A stretch of DNA of 64,000 bases from positions 1-64,000 of the IMG/VR virus record IMGVR_UViG_2643221939_000004. One strand, 5' to 3'. The notes under the pieces are model-generated. The model did not search any database. It was given only the letters and a program-made list of their open reading frames with translations, and was not told the DNA's origin. The stretch comes from a virus (taxonomy: Duplodnaviria > Caudoviricetes). The translations under genes were made by a program, and so were the position numbers. Shown here piece by piece: positions 1-9,502 of the stretch (positions are counted from its first letter, which is position 1; each line of letters opens with the position of its first letter).

Positions 1-768
1 TCATGTCCGACGCTCCGAGAGGGCGGCGGGCGTATTGCGGACAGGCGGCGCACGATCTTCAACGGCTGTTCCGTCGTTGTTGTACATGTAGATGCCGAAC
101 CCGACTTTGAGCCATTTGCAGTCGCCGTCGTCCGTGTGAAGGGTGACGGGCATCTTCAAGCCTCGCGAGACCTCCAAAGGCTTCGTCCAGTCGATAAGCT
201 CCTCCACCTCCTCCGTCCGCCCATCCGGTACGGCCGGGGCGGTGGCGAGGGCGGCAGCGAGAACTCTAAGGGCAGCGTTCACCGCATAGAGTTGCTCGTG
301 CTCGCCCGACGCCTTAAGCGCGCCCGCCGATACCTTGTCCATCTGGTCGCCAGGGAAGAGGAAATGGATACGCTCTGCCGCCGCCCGCAGGCTCGCCTCC
401 GCGTTCTGGACTTCGGGGGCGAGGGTGGCCGCAGTACAAGCGGTGCATTCTCCAAGCCATTCGCCATCCGCACGATGCACGTCGCCTGTTCCGTCGCAGT
501 ATTCGCAACGCTCCTCCCGCGCCGTCCCGTCCTCTACGACGGGGGCGGGCTGGAGACAGGCGAGGCGCTGGAGAGCATCGCGGATTTGCTCGCCATGACG
601 CTCGACCGTGCGCAGGAGGTCGTAGTTGTGCCGTCCGGCGAGAGGGTCCTTCGGGTGTGCCGAAAGGCTGACGACGCCCATCATATCGCGCACCTGATCA
701 GCGGCCCACTTCAGGTCGCGCTCGACCCTCGCCCGGACATCATCTGAAACGAAGTTCATCTCAAGCAA
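1..768 (-). CDS. Phage hypothetical protein with internal CxxC..CxxC motif
   Basis: ORF in early-left operon orientation; CEYCDGTG...GECTAC. Confidence 0.6.
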   Translation of the reverse strand: MLEMNFVSDDVRARVERDLKWAADQVRDMMGVVSLSAHPKDPLAGRHNYDLLRTVERHGEQIRDALQRLACLQPAPVVEDGTAREERCEYCDGTGDVHRADGEWLGECTACTAATLAPEVQNAEASLRAAAERIHFLFPGDQMDKVSAGALKASGEHEQLYAVNAALRVLAAALATAPAVPDGRTEEVEELIDWTKPLEVSRGLKMPVTLHTDDGDCKWLKVGFGIYMYNNDGTAVEDRAPPVRNTPAALSERRT

Positions 769-898
769 TGCAGCGCTCCTCCGGCGAACGGGCTAAATAG
801 CCATGTGGCAACAATCCAGAGCGGGTTTCCGGTATTACAAGCTACTTTGAAACTAACAGGCCAGACAACGAAGAGAAGGAAGAGCTGAATAACCGAGA

Positions 899-1291
899 TC
901 ACCCCCTCCCCTCCGCCTTGACGAGTGCCGCCTGCCGCTCATCCGAAGCCTTGTCCATCGGAGAGGATGCGGAGGCGAGAGGGCGGCAGGATAGAATGCG
1001 GTTTTTCAGATGCCGCTTGAGAAAAGTAGCCATCGGAAAGGCTGTCGTGGCTTTCTCGATGGCCTGCTTCAGAATACTTTCAACTAGAAGTTCGATTTCT
1101 GAAACGACATGATCCACCGTGACAGCATAGCCGTCCGCATCATCAGCAGTTTTCCAGAACTCAGCATCTTCTAATATCTTGCGGATATCAGCGCTCATTG
1201 CCTGCCATCCTTCTCTAGGAATGGGCTGGGTCTCGGTGCCTGTGGCGTTCGGCATGGTGGTGGCGGGGATGGTCGTCGAGAGAGTGCTCAT
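899..1291 (-). CDS. Phage hypothetical protein
   Basis: Start MSTLSTT overlaps stop of upstream gene; lower-GC core. Confidence 0.45.
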   Translation of the reverse strand: MSTLSTTIPATTMPNATGTETQPIPREGWQAMSADIRKILEDAEFWKTADDADGYAVTVDHVVSEIELLVESILKQAIEKATTAFPMATFLKRHLKNRILSCRPLASASSPMDKASDERQAALVKAEGRG

Positions 1292-1599
1292 GCGGGTGCC
1301 TTCGTGGCCTTGGCGATTGCCGCCTTCATCTGCTTGTGAATTGTGCCGTTCATCGCCCACGTGTGCTCAAACAGGCGCTCGCTCGCGATCAGAGCGGCCA
1401 GCAGGTCATCGTGAGAGTTCAGCATGTCAGCGACCTTTTGCAGCTCGCCTTTGGCCACCCATTCTGTCTGCTTGGCGACTGGGAAACCGAGTGTTATGCA
1501 GGTGCGGCCTTCCGCATCTTTGGTTTTGCGGGGCGACTGATGGAGTGTGCCGTCTTCGACGTAGAAGCTGCCGTCTTCCAGGCTTTTCATCTCGCTCAT
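1288..1599 (-). CDS. Phage hypothetical protein
   Basis: MSEMKSLEDG; C-terminal DLLAAL...AAIAKAT tail typical of phage early genes. Confidence 0.6.
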   Translation of the reverse strand: MSEMKSLEDGSFYVEDGTLHQSPRKTKDAEGRTCITLGFPVAKQTEWVAKGELQKVADMLNSHDDLLAALIASERLFEHTWAMNGTIHKQMKAAIAKATKAPA

Positions 1600-1655
1600 G
1601 TTCGTCTCCGATGAGTTGAACCCGCTCGCCTTGGCGGGAGAAAAGTCGCGGACGC

Positions 1656-1790
1656 TCATCCGAACACCGCCCACGCGCCGCCGGCCACGATCAGCCAAAA
1701 CACGGTCCCGAGCTTGATTGCATTCGCGAACCCCAGCGCTTCCGAGATCGGGGCGCGGGTGGTGCTAGGTGTGTCTGTGATGGGGTGCAT
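1656..1790 (-). CDS. Small membrane protein
   Basis: Hydrophobic C-terminus, operon-coupled. Confidence 0.45.
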   Translation of the reverse strand: MHPITDTPSTTRAPISEALGFANAIKLGTVFWLIVAGGAWAVFG

Positions 1791-1792
1791 GG

Positions 1793-2113
1793 TCAGGCCC
1801 TCACGAGGTCGGAGAGGCGGCTTACGGCACCGCTTTCGCTGTTCGGCCAAGTCGTCCAAGCCCACTCGCCCGCTATGGCGCGGATGTTGACTTCACTCGT
1901 TCCACGAAGCACTCGGTCCCCGACCTTCAGCGGGTGGGGCTCGACGGAGACGATGTCGAGGCGCGAGTGATGGAAGGCGCCGCTCGGATCAGGGTTGAGG
2001 GTATCGATCGATACGAGCGGCCCAGCCTTGCCCATTTCGATGATCTTGCCGCGCACTGTAACGACATCGCCCTCACGCAGCGTTGAAACGTCGATCTGTG
2101 ATGGGGTGGTCAT
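1793..2113 (-). CDS. Phage hypothetical protein
   Basis: MTTPSQIDV start overlaps HNH gene stop. Confidence 0.55.
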   Translation of the reverse strand: MTTPSQIDVSTLREGDVVTVRGKIIEMGKAGPLVSIDTLNPDPSGAFHHSRLDIVSVEPHPLKVGDRVLRGTSEVNIRAIAGEWAWTTWPNSESGAVSRLSDLVRA

Positions 2114-2493
2114 CGGACATCGTCCTTGATGGCGCGCAGACCGAACGGACCCTGCTCGTAGCGGGTGCCGGGCGCGGGTTTGCGGAAGGAGGAGGGCTTG
2201 CGCGGGCCGCCGGCGCGCTCGGCTTGGCGCTTGGTCTTGGCGGCGCGCGGCGTGTCGACGGTGCGGGTCTTGATCGCGTGGCATCGCTTGCAGACGCAGG
2301 CGCAGTTCTCGAGCGTGGCCTCGCCGCCGATGCTGTCTGCGATGATGTGGTCGAAGTCGAAGCCTGCGGAGAGATCGCCGTTGCAGCGGGCGCCGGGCTC
2401 CAGGCCATAGTCGGCGCCGACGGCTTCGCACTTCTTGCCGGCTCGCTTGAAGGCTTCTCGGCGAATGACGATTCCGAACTCGGTCCGGCTCAT
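2110..2493 (-). CDS. HNH endonuclease
   Basis: FDHIIADSIGGEATLENCACVCKRCH motif. Confidence 0.85.
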   Translation of the reverse strand: MSRTEFGIVIRREAFKRAGKKCEAVGADYGLEPGARCNGDLSAGFDFDHIIADSIGGEATLENCACVCKRCHAIKTRTVDTPRAAKTKRQAERAGGPRKPSSFRKPAPGTRYEQGPFGLRAIKDDVR

Positions 2494-3710
2494 CGGCGCG
2501 CCGCCGGGCGAACATCCGCCTCCTTCACTCCGATCTCAGCGGCGATCAGCGCGACCGCGGCGGCGAGGTTGGACTTGCCGAGGATGACGTCGTTGGACCG
2601 GGTGACGATCTTCTTCAGCGCCGGATGGTGATCCTCGGGGATCTCCTTCTTCCAGAAGGCCGATGCGGTAGCGATGGCGTCCTGACGTGCCTTGCCGTCC
2701 AGATCGTTGGTGGCGATCTCCAGGAGTTTGGAGGCCGCCTCGGCGAGGAGGTTGGCGACGGCAGCCGGCGCAGGCTGAGTGCTCTCGTCGGGCTGCTCTT
2801 CCGCCGCCGTGTCTCCCGGGAAGCCTTCGTCCGCTTCCGTGCCTTCAGCGGCCTCCTCTTCGGCGTCCTCGATCTCGTCTTCGTCCAGAGTTTCGTTGTC
2901 GGGTTCCTCGACGGTCTCCACCGTCGCCTGATCACGATTGAAGCCTTCCCGTGCATCGGTGAGGCTCGCCTGCCTGCCGGCGGTGAGCCGATCCTGCAGC
3001 GAGGGCCGTGCATCCGGCGCGCGCGACAGGTCATACATCGCGTCGTCCCGGGCGATCAGGTCGTGAAGATCGGTCGAGAGCGGGAGGCGCTTGGACAGCC
3101 GTCGGATGGCCGACTTCTTCGCCATCTCCTCCCACCATGTCGCCCACGGGCCGCTGTCGCGCGACCGGGAGACGGAGCGGATCTTCTCGATGTCGCGCGG
3201 CGTCAGCGTCTCGACGTAGATCGAGCCATCCTTCATCTTCGCCATCGCGAAGACCTGCCGGATGTGGCCGTAGTCGGGGAGCTCGGCCTGCTCATAGGCA
3301 AGATGCTCGCCCTCGTCGTCGATCCAGGACCGGAAGCTGTCGCCGCCGAACACGACCTTGGCCGTGATCATCGCGACTTCGCCGGACTGGTGGATGCGCT
3401 TAATCACGCCGCCGATCATCGGCATCCACTGGACCTTGCCCTTGAAGACGACAAAGGCGCCTTCGCGCTTGTCCGGCAGAAGACCGTCCTGCGCCGCGCG
3501 AATGGCCGATTCCATCAGGCTCTTGCGATCGGCGCTGAGGATGTTCGGATCAGAGAGGACCGCCGTCATCACGACGCGCTGAAACTTCTCCGGCTTGATG
3601 TGCGACGGCAGGGCCGCGGCGAACTGCTCGCCCATGCGGTCCAACTCGTTGCGAAACCGATCGCGCGGAGAGAGCTCGCGCCCTTGATCGGTCGTGGCGA
3701 GCGCGCTCAT
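2490..3710 (-). CDS. recT: RecT-family ssDNA annealing protein
   Basis: AAQDGLLPDKREG, GPWATWWEEMAKKSAIRRLSKRLPLS; acidic C-terminal extension. Confidence 0.9.
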   Translation of the reverse strand: MSALATTDQGRELSPRDRFRNELDRMGEQFAAALPSHIKPEKFQRVVMTAVLSDPNILSADRKSLMESAIRAAQDGLLPDKREGAFVVFKGKVQWMPMIGGVIKRIHQSGEVAMITAKVVFGGDSFRSWIDDEGEHLAYEQAELPDYGHIRQVFAMAKMKDGSIYVETLTPRDIEKIRSVSRSRDSGPWATWWEEMAKKSAIRRLSKRLPLSTDLHDLIARDDAMYDLSRAPDARPSLQDRLTAGRQASLTDAREGFNRDQATVETVEEPDNETLDEDEIEDAEEEAAEGTEADEGFPGDTAAEEQPDESTQPAPAAVANLLAEAASKLLEIATNDLDGKARQDAIATASAFWKKEIPEDHHPALKKIVTRSNDVILGKSNLAAAVALIAAEIGVKEADVRPAARR

Positions 3711-4672
3711 GCGGCCTTCTCCATCTCGAGGAAGTCGTCGATCTTCTGCTTCGCCCAGGGCTTGAGCTGCAGGTGGCGCTCGCCAGCGGCGAACGGACGC
3801 GCGCCGGGCCACTCGCCAGCGTCGAGGCACTTGCGGATCGTCTTCAGAGCCCAGCGGATTTCGCGTTCGCCGCGGTCGAGCTCGTGCTCGGACATTTCGA
3901 CATGCGCGGTGTCCGGCACTTCGTCCTTCAGCACGTAGACGAGGGCGAAGGTCGTGAACGGCAGATCGAGTGCGCGACACACCATGCGGATCATGGCACC
4001 CTGCAGGTAGTAGCAGGCGTCGAAGGCCTGCTTCTCGAGGAAGTCCTCGCTGAAGTCCGCCGTGGTCTTCAGGTCGGCATAGATGCCATCGCCGCTCGGG
4101 ATGACGTCGGGCCGGACCTTGATCCAGATGCCGGTCTCCGGGTCCTTGAAGGCCATCGTGCGCTCAATGGCGCCGTCGAGGATTCGCGCGTCGCGGATCA
4201 GCGGATAGCGCGCGGCGTCGTCGCGGATGCGGCCGATCATGGCGCGCTGGTCCGGCGAGATGATCGTCTTGCCGCCTTGCTGGTCGCGCCAGTCCTGGCA
4301 GAAGCCGGCGTTCCAGTTCCAAGGCTTGGTGTCGCCCTCGCCCTTCTTCGGCTTCTCGTTCGGGTAGACCGCCGGGTGGACGGCATAGGCCGCGTCGAAG
4401 TCCTCGTCGCCGAGGAGAAGGGCGTGCGTCGCCTTGCCGAAGCTGAGCGCCTTCGTGGTCTCGACTGCGATGTGATCCGGGTTGTGCTTCCAGCGTCCCC
4501 AGAAGGCCTTCGGGCTGCCGCCATGCGAGGGTAGGAGCCACTTCATCGCGCTCTTGGAGAGCGACGGCGCATCGAACAGGTCGACGTCGCCGTGATAGGT
4601 CTCGATCGGGACGCCCGCATAGATGCCGGGCTCGGTGATCTGCGTGCCATCCCATGTGCGTTCGGTGATCAT
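3707..4672 (-). CDS. RecE/exonuclease VIII-like PD-(D/E)XK nuclease (DUF3799-like)
   Basis: GKATHALLL, KVRPD, DLKTT, YYLQGA motifs; adjacent to recT. Confidence 0.85.
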   Translation of the reverse strand: MITERTWDGTQITEPGIYAGVPIETYHGDVDLFDAPSLSKSAMKWLLPSHGGSPKAFWGRWKHNPDHIAVETTKALSFGKATHALLLGDEDFDAAYAVHPAVYPNEKPKKGEGDTKPWNWNAGFCQDWRDQQGGKTIISPDQRAMIGRIRDDAARYPLIRDARILDGAIERTMAFKDPETGIWIKVRPDVIPSGDGIYADLKTTADFSEDFLEKQAFDACYYLQGAMIRMVCRALDLPFTTFALVYVLKDEVPDTAHVEMSEHELDRGEREIRWALKTIRKCLDAGEWPGARPFAAGERHLQLKPWAKQKIDDFLEMEKAA

Positions 4673-4944
4673 GCTGCGACCTTTCTGCGGCGCTCGGCGC
4701 GCTCTGCGGATGCGACCTTGGCGGCGGCGATCTCTGCCTGGCGCTCGGTCCACCAAGCTTCGGCGCGGGCGAGCGCATGGGCCTTGGACTTCGACCAAAA
4801 CCGCATGTTGAAGGCCTGCTCGCGCGGGTTCGGGTTGCCAGCGGTGGACGCCGGCTGAAGCAGGATTTCGCCGTACCAGCGGAGGTGCTCGGGCGCCTCG
4901 GGCGAGGTGTAAGCGACGAAGCGGACTGACTGGACGCGGGCCAT
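4669..4944 (-). CDS. Phage hypothetical protein
   Basis: Operon-coupled ORF. Confidence 0.55.
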   Translation of the reverse strand: MARVQSVRFVAYTSPEAPEHLRWYGEILLQPASTAGNPNPREQAFNMRFWSKSKAHALARAEAWWTERQAEIAAAKVASAERAERRRKVAA

Positions 4945-4946
4945 CG

Positions 4947-5210
4947 TCAGAGCCTCCCCGCCGCGCGCAGGCAGGCCTCAGCCTCGGCGCGACGTTCCTG
5001 GCGGTTGCTTTCCTTGGCCTTCTCGGCCCACTTCATCGCGGCCTCGTCGTCGTCTTTGGCGCGGATGATCGTGCCGTAGATCGCGATGGCGCCGCGCTCG
5101 ATGAGATCGGCGGGCAGAGGCTTGGCGCGGGCAGGGCGCGCCGGGCGATCGTCCTCGAACGGATCGAACGAGGTGGCGAGCTTCTGCGCCTGGAGGATGC
5201 GGCCGCTCAT
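4947..5210 (-). CDS. Phage hypothetical protein
   Basis: Operon-coupled ORF. Confidence 0.55.
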   Translation of the reverse strand: MSGRILQAQKLATSFDPFEDDRPARPARAKPLPADLIERGAIAIYGTIIRAKDDDEAAMKWAEKAKESNRQERRAEAEACLRAAGRL

Positions 5211-5380
5211 GCCCGACGCTCCGACCGATCCACCTTCACCTTGTGGAAGATCACAGGGTCCGGCAGGCAGGCGATGCGGATGCAGTCGCGAGCGGCCTCG
5301 GGCGTGTCGGCCTGGACGACCTTGATCTGGTCGTCACCGCCGGCGGCGTAGTGAACGCGGAAGGGGATCGCGGGCGCCAT
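5207..5380 (-). CDS. Small phage hypothetical protein
   Basis: MAPAIPFRVHY start coupled to upstream stop. Confidence 0.45.
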   Translation of the reverse strand: MAPAIPFRVHYAAGGDDQIKVVQADTPEAARDCIRIACLPDPVIFHKVKVDRSERRA

Positions 5381-5550
5381 TACTCGGCCGCCTCCCGAGC
5401 CGCACGGGCGCGTTCTGCGTCCTGACGCTCCAGTTCCTCGCGATAGACGTCGTCGCGATCCTGGCGGCGCTTGTGGTCGTGGTAGGCCGCGGCATCGGCG
5501 AACCCGAGATATCCAGGGCCGTCGTTCCAGCCGTAGGGAGAGCGGCCCAT
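5380..5550 (-). CDS. Small phage hypothetical protein (56 aa, not in ORF track)
   Basis: MGRSPYGWNDG...REAAE* fills the gap with overlapping start/stop at both ends. Confidence 0.5.
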   Translation of the reverse strand: MGRSPYGWNDGPGYLGFADAAAYHDHKRRQDRDDVYREELERQDAERARAAREAAE

Positions 5551-5780
5551 CACTCGGCCGCCTCTGCCAGGGCGTGGACTTCCGGTTCAGCATAGAGGAC
5601 GCGGAACCGCGCAGCGCGAGGCAGCCCCTCCAGCGCATCGGTCGAACCGAAAAGGGTGATGCTCAGTTCGCCGTCCGCGGTGGAGATCGTGAGCGTCCGG
5701 CTGTTGCCGTTGTCCGGCATGGCGGAAGTCAGCTCGACCGCAGTCACGCCGTGGATCATGAGGCTGGACAGCATCCCCAT
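5550..5780 (-). CDS. Phage hypothetical protein
   Basis: MGMLSSLMIHG, operon-coupled. Confidence 0.5.
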   Translation of the reverse strand: MGMLSSLMIHGVTAVELTSAMPDNGNSRTLTISTADGELSITLFGSTDALEGLPRAARFRVLYAEPEVHALAEAAE

Positions 5781-5950
5781 CTCAGCGGCTCCCCATCGAA
5801 GCGATGAGGGGCAACGAAGGGCGCGCCGTGTCGGAGAGGATGAGAGCCGAGCCCATGAAGCAGGCCATGAAGGCCCCAAGGGCGAGGAGTTCGGCTAACG
5901 GCTTGAGGATGTGCATGGCAAAGCTCCCGGCGGGTGCGCGGTGAAAGGGT

Positions 5951-6157
5951 TCAGGCTGCGATGAGGTGTTCGACGAGGACGGGTGCCGAGCGGCCGGTGA
6001 TCTTCACGACCATCGCGCCACGTCCGATCTCCCAAGGACGGGAGACGACTTCGGCTTCCTGGGCATGCTGCTCGCCGGAGACGGGGAAGAACTTGACCTT
6101 GGCGCCGAGGGGAAAGCGCTTGGCGGCTTCGGCAACGGTCAGGGTGGGTTGGCGCAT
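5951..6157 (-). CDS. Small conserved phage early protein
   Basis: Clear homologue of 51071..51283 (RFPxGxKVxFxPxSGEQH...PW...VxKITGRS); GGGAGA RBS. Confidence 0.75.
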   Translation of the reverse strand: MRQPTLTVAEAAKRFPLGAKVKFFPVSGEQHAQEAEVVSRPWEIGRGAMVVKITGRSAPVLVEHLIAA

Positions 6158-6201
6158 GGTGTGTCTCCCGAGCCGGTGATCCGAACCCGCGATGGGGTGG
6201 A

Positions 6202-6555
6202 TCAGGCGGCAGGCTTGTTCATCATGCCGGCGAGCGTCGACACCGGGTCTGCCGAACGCTGCATCGTGCCGCGTGTCACGGTGACCGTGTCGCCATAAGC
6301 GGAGGTCGCCTTCTCGGCTGCAGCCTTCCAGTTGGCCTCGGCCTCATGGCGGGTCGGCATGTCGGGGAGCCCGATGCGGGCGTGAGCGCCGATCGCATCC
6401 ATCGTCTCGCGGTGGCCGAGTTCGTGCGTCCAGACGTCGTGACCGGCCAAGACAGTCGCGATCTCGTGCATGCGGCTGATGGAGGTCGAGCACAGGGCGA
6501 TGCCGGTCATCGCAGTCGCGACCTCAAGCGTCGGGAATTCGTGGGTCTCGGCCAT
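6202..6555 (-). CDS. First gene of leftward early operon, hypothetical
   Basis: MAETHEFPTL with GGAG RBS, directly downstream of the pL-like promoter. Confidence 0.65.
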   Translation of the reverse strand: MAETHEFPTLEVATAMTGIALCSTSISRMHEIATVLAGHDVWTHELGHRETMDAIGAHARIGLPDMPTRHEAEANWKAAAEKATSAYGDTVTVTRGTMQRSADPVSTLAGMMNKPAA

Positions 6556-6603
6556 CTGTCTGCTCCATCGGTTGGCGTGTTCGCCGTCGTTCGATGGAGC
6601 CAT

Positions 6604-6673
6604 TCGTACGGTATGTACGATTGCCGGTCAAGTACGTTTTGTACGATTTCCGTTGACCGCACGTTTTGTACGA
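6604..6673. promoter_or_regulatory. OL operators (3 x 17 bp) and pL-like promoter
   Basis: TCGTACggtatGTACGA (6604-6620), AAGTACgttttGTACGA (6630-6646), CCGCACgttttGTACGA (6657-6673); minus-strand TTGACC-N17-TACGAA. Confidence 0.8.
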
Positions 6674-6939
6674 TCGTATAGAGGGTGCATCGGCGACGAG
6701 TGGTGCAATCCCACTACCAGCACTGCGTCGATGGCGTGGGAGTTAGATCACCCTACAGCGCCGCTGGAGAAATGAGGGCGGAGAAGCCGACGAGGCCTCC
6801 TGGCGTATGTCCCATCCCGGCTCCGGTCGTCAGGACAGCCAAGGCTCCCCAGCCTGCGAAAGCTTCGGCTTCCGTGGGTTAGGGGAGTCTTTGGCTCGAA
6901 CCCTCCCACACCAGACGTCAGAACACTGAAGCAGACCTA

Positions 6940-7653
6940 TCAGAGGTCAGTGATCACACGCCTCACGCGACCGACCACGTAGACGTCATCCTCATCTACC
7001 GGAAGCGACATGTGATCGAGGTTGGTTGAAAACGGTTGCAGCATCGGACGCGGAGTTCGGCGGAACCGCTTGAAGGTCGTCTCGCCACCATCTAGCGCGA
7101 AGACGTAGTATCGATCGTTGATCAGCGAATCGTCGGCGCGGTTTACGATGATGATAGACCCGTCAGGCGCGATGCGGTTCATGGAATCGCCTTCGACCTT
7201 CAATGCCAGCCAGTCTCCTCGCGGCAGGTCGGCGATCGGCAAATAACGTTCGACCTCATCAAGAATAACGCCGTCCCTCTTTTTCAAGCCGCCGGCGCTT
7301 ACCCACGAGACAACAGGTATCTGTATCACAGGATAACCTGGCGTAGCCTCTCCGAGGTCAGGATCGTAGTCGTCGTCTGCAGACGGTGTGGTCGTGCCAA
7401 GGTCAAGAAGGACCTTGTCGATAGCTTCTTTCATGGTCGCCGATTCATGGTTGGCGCCATAGATGATCCAAGCAGGGTCTACGTCCAAGGCGGAACCATA
7501 CTTCAAGGCGGCCTTCAGGCTGATTTCCCGGTTCCCGTTCTCGTGGCTATTCCACGAATGCAGATTCAACTTGGTTGCCCGCGACGCTTCCGACCGCGTT
7601 TCATAGCCTTTCGCGAGGCGGGCTTGCTTGAGGCGTTCTCTAGGCTCTTCCAT
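6940..7653 (-). CDS. CI-like repressor (HTH + S24 peptidase)
   Basis: N-terminal HTH (RLKQARLAKG...SHENGNREIS); ALKVEGDSMN and TFKRF autopeptidase motifs. Confidence 0.92.
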   Translation of the reverse strand: MEEPRERLKQARLAKGYETRSEASRATKLNLHSWNSHENGNREISLKAALKYGSALDVDPAWIIYGANHESATMKEAIDKVLLDLGTTTPSADDDYDPDLGEATPGYPVIQIPVVSWVSAGGLKKRDGVILDEVERYLPIADLPRGDWLALKVEGDSMNRIAPDGSIIIVNRADDSLINDRYYVFALDGGETTFKRFRRTPRPMLQPFSTNLDHMSLPVDEDDVYVVGRVRRVITDL

Positions 7654-7728
7654 GCGTACGTTCTGAACGATTTCCTTCGTGCAGGGTGTACGATTTCCGC
7701 TTGCGCTTAATTCGTACTGAATGTACGA
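7654..7728. promoter_or_regulatory. OR operators (3 x 17 bp)
   Basis: GCGTACgttctGAACGA (7654-7670), TCGTGCagggtGTACGA (7677-7693), TCGTACtgaatGTACGA (7712-7728); same consensus as OL. Confidence 0.8.
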
Positions 7729-7735
7729 ATTGGGA

Positions 7736-7969
7736 ATGAGCGACGAACCCGCATCGATCTCCGCCATTATCGACACTTTCCCGACGATCGCAGTCTTCGC
7801 GACTGAGGTTGGATGTGGATACGAGGCCGCACGGCAGATGCGGAGGCGCGAGAGCATCGCGCCCGAGCACTGGTCCCGAGTGATTGAGGTGTGTTCCGCA
7901 CGTCAGATCACCGGCGTCACGTTCGAGTGGCTCGCCCGGCAGCGTGCGAACGCATCGGTGGCGGCATGA
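7736..7969 (+). CDS. Cro-like HTH protein
   Basis: Small HTH-like protein divergent from cI. Confidence 0.75.
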   Translation: MSDEPASISAIIDTFPTIAVFATEVGCGYEAARQMRRRESIAPEHWSRVIEVCSARQITGVTFEWLARQRANASVAA

Positions 7970-8946
7970 GCACGCTCCGCGTCATCGACCGGGGCGAGCA
8001 GGTCGCCTTCTCCTATGAGAGCGTCGCAGTCGACGTTGCGACGGAAGCACGGCAGGCAGCGGAGCGGATCAACCTTCGTCTGCGCAGGACGGCCGAAGAC
8101 GTGGTTGAGATCGGCCGCGATCTGACCCGGATGAAAGAGCGGCTGCCACACGGTTCGTTCCTGCCGTGGATATCTGCCGAGTTCGGCATGAGTGACCAGA
8201 CGGCTAGACGATTCATGCAGGTGACGAAGGTCTTCGCCAGCAAATCCAACATGTTGTTGAATTTGGACGCATCTGCTCTCTACGAACTCGCCGCTCCCAA
8301 GACTCCGATCGAGGTCCGCGAGGAAGTGGAGCGGATGATTGAGGCCGGCGAGGTGGTTCGCTCCGCCGATGTCGCCGAACTGAAGCGGCAGCATGCAGCC
8401 TCTGAGGCCGCGAAGTTCTCCGCCGATCTTGATGCCGAGAAGGCGACTGCGAAGGCCGGCGAGCTGCAGTCCGACTTCGATATCAAGATCGCCGAGGCCG
8501 TAGCCGTCGCGGCTAGGAAGATCGAAGACGGCTACCTCGCCAAGCAGGCGCAGCTCGACGAGCAGATCGCGAAGCTCCGTTCCGAGAATGCGCGGCTCAA
8601 GGCCGGGCCCGTCACGGCGCCGATCATCGACCACGACACCGGCAACGTCGTCTCGTTCACTCCCCGATCGCTGACCGAAGCCCTGGCAGCCGAGATCGAC
8701 GCTGAGCACGACGAGCATGTCGACGCCGAATTCAATGAGACAGCCAATCCCGAAAAGCGAGCCCGCGTGGTTGTCGGTGTCTGCCGGCAGATCGTGGCCG
8801 TGAAGGCAGACCCGCGGTCGGTGTTCCGCGGCATGACCCAAGGCAAGCCAGAGCAAATCATCGCTGAAAACAAGGCGATGATCGAGACCGCCTTCTCCCT
8901 CTTCAAATCCATAAAGGACCAGTTTGATGGCAAACCGCGTCGTTGA
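7966..8946 (+). CDS. DUF3102-like domain protein
   Basis: EIGRDL...KERLPHGSFLPWI..EFGMS..TARRFMQ. Confidence 0.75.
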   Translation: MSTLRVIDRGEQVAFSYESVAVDVATEARQAAERINLRLRRTAEDVVEIGRDLTRMKERLPHGSFLPWISAEFGMSDQTARRFMQVTKVFASKSNMLLNLDASALYELAAPKTPIEVREEVERMIEAGEVVRSADVAELKRQHAASEAAKFSADLDAEKATAKAGELQSDFDIKIAEAVAVAARKIEDGYLAKQAQLDEQIAKLRSENARLKAGPVTAPIIDHDTGNVVSFTPRSLTEALAAEIDAEHDEHVDAEFNETANPEKRARVVVGVCRQIVAVKADPRSVFRGMTQGKPEQIIAENKAMIETAFSLFKSIKDQFDGKPRR

Positions 8947-9502
8947 GACGAAGGAATTTCGAGAGGCTTTCCGAAGAGAGATCATCGCCTGCGGTGATGT
9001 CTCGCCGGAAGGCAAGCGCCGCCGCAACATCCTCGGCATCGGCGGCCGGCAGCTCAGCATCAGCGCTGGCGTCGACATCCTCGGAACCCTCATTCGCCAG
9101 TTCCAGGACAAGGGCGCGACGCTCTGCCGGTCGCAGATCGACCTCCTGAACCCGAAGGGCGCGCGTCGGTACGTCTCCGAGCAGATGAACGCGATGGCCT
9201 CGGCCAAGCTGTCCGTCGGCGCCAATCCGATCGAGACCCTGCACAAGTCGCTCGGCGATCTGATCGTCGTGGCCCGGAAGACCGGCCGAAACGTGTACAT
9301 CAGCAAGGCCTCTGCGACGGCGCTGGAAATCCAATGCTGCATCGATCTGCGCATCGGCAAGTCGAACGCCCAGGCCGAGCGGACGGAAGCTCTGACGGAG
9401 CATCTGAAGGAGGGCATGGTCGCCCTCGGCGATCGGACGGTGGCGGATGCGATGGTCGCGGACGTCGAGCAGTATTTCCGCGCCGTCGATCGCGCCGCAT
9501 GA
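8927..9502 (+). CDS. Phage hypothetical protein
   Basis: Operon-coupled ORF. Confidence 0.6.
   Translation: MANRVVETKEFREAFRREIIACGDVSPEGKRRRNILGIGGRQLSISAGVDILGTLIRQFQDKGATLCRSQIDLLNPKGARRYVSEQMNAMASAKLSVGANPIETLHKSLGDLIVVARKTGRNVYISKASATALEIQCCIDLRIGKSNAQAERTEALTEHLKEGMVALGDRTVADAMVADVEQYFRAVDRAA

Noticed and set aside
6604-7728. GTACG repeats as a CRISPR array
   Set aside because: Short palindromes with no repeat-spacer periodicity; they fit operators, and no cas genes are present
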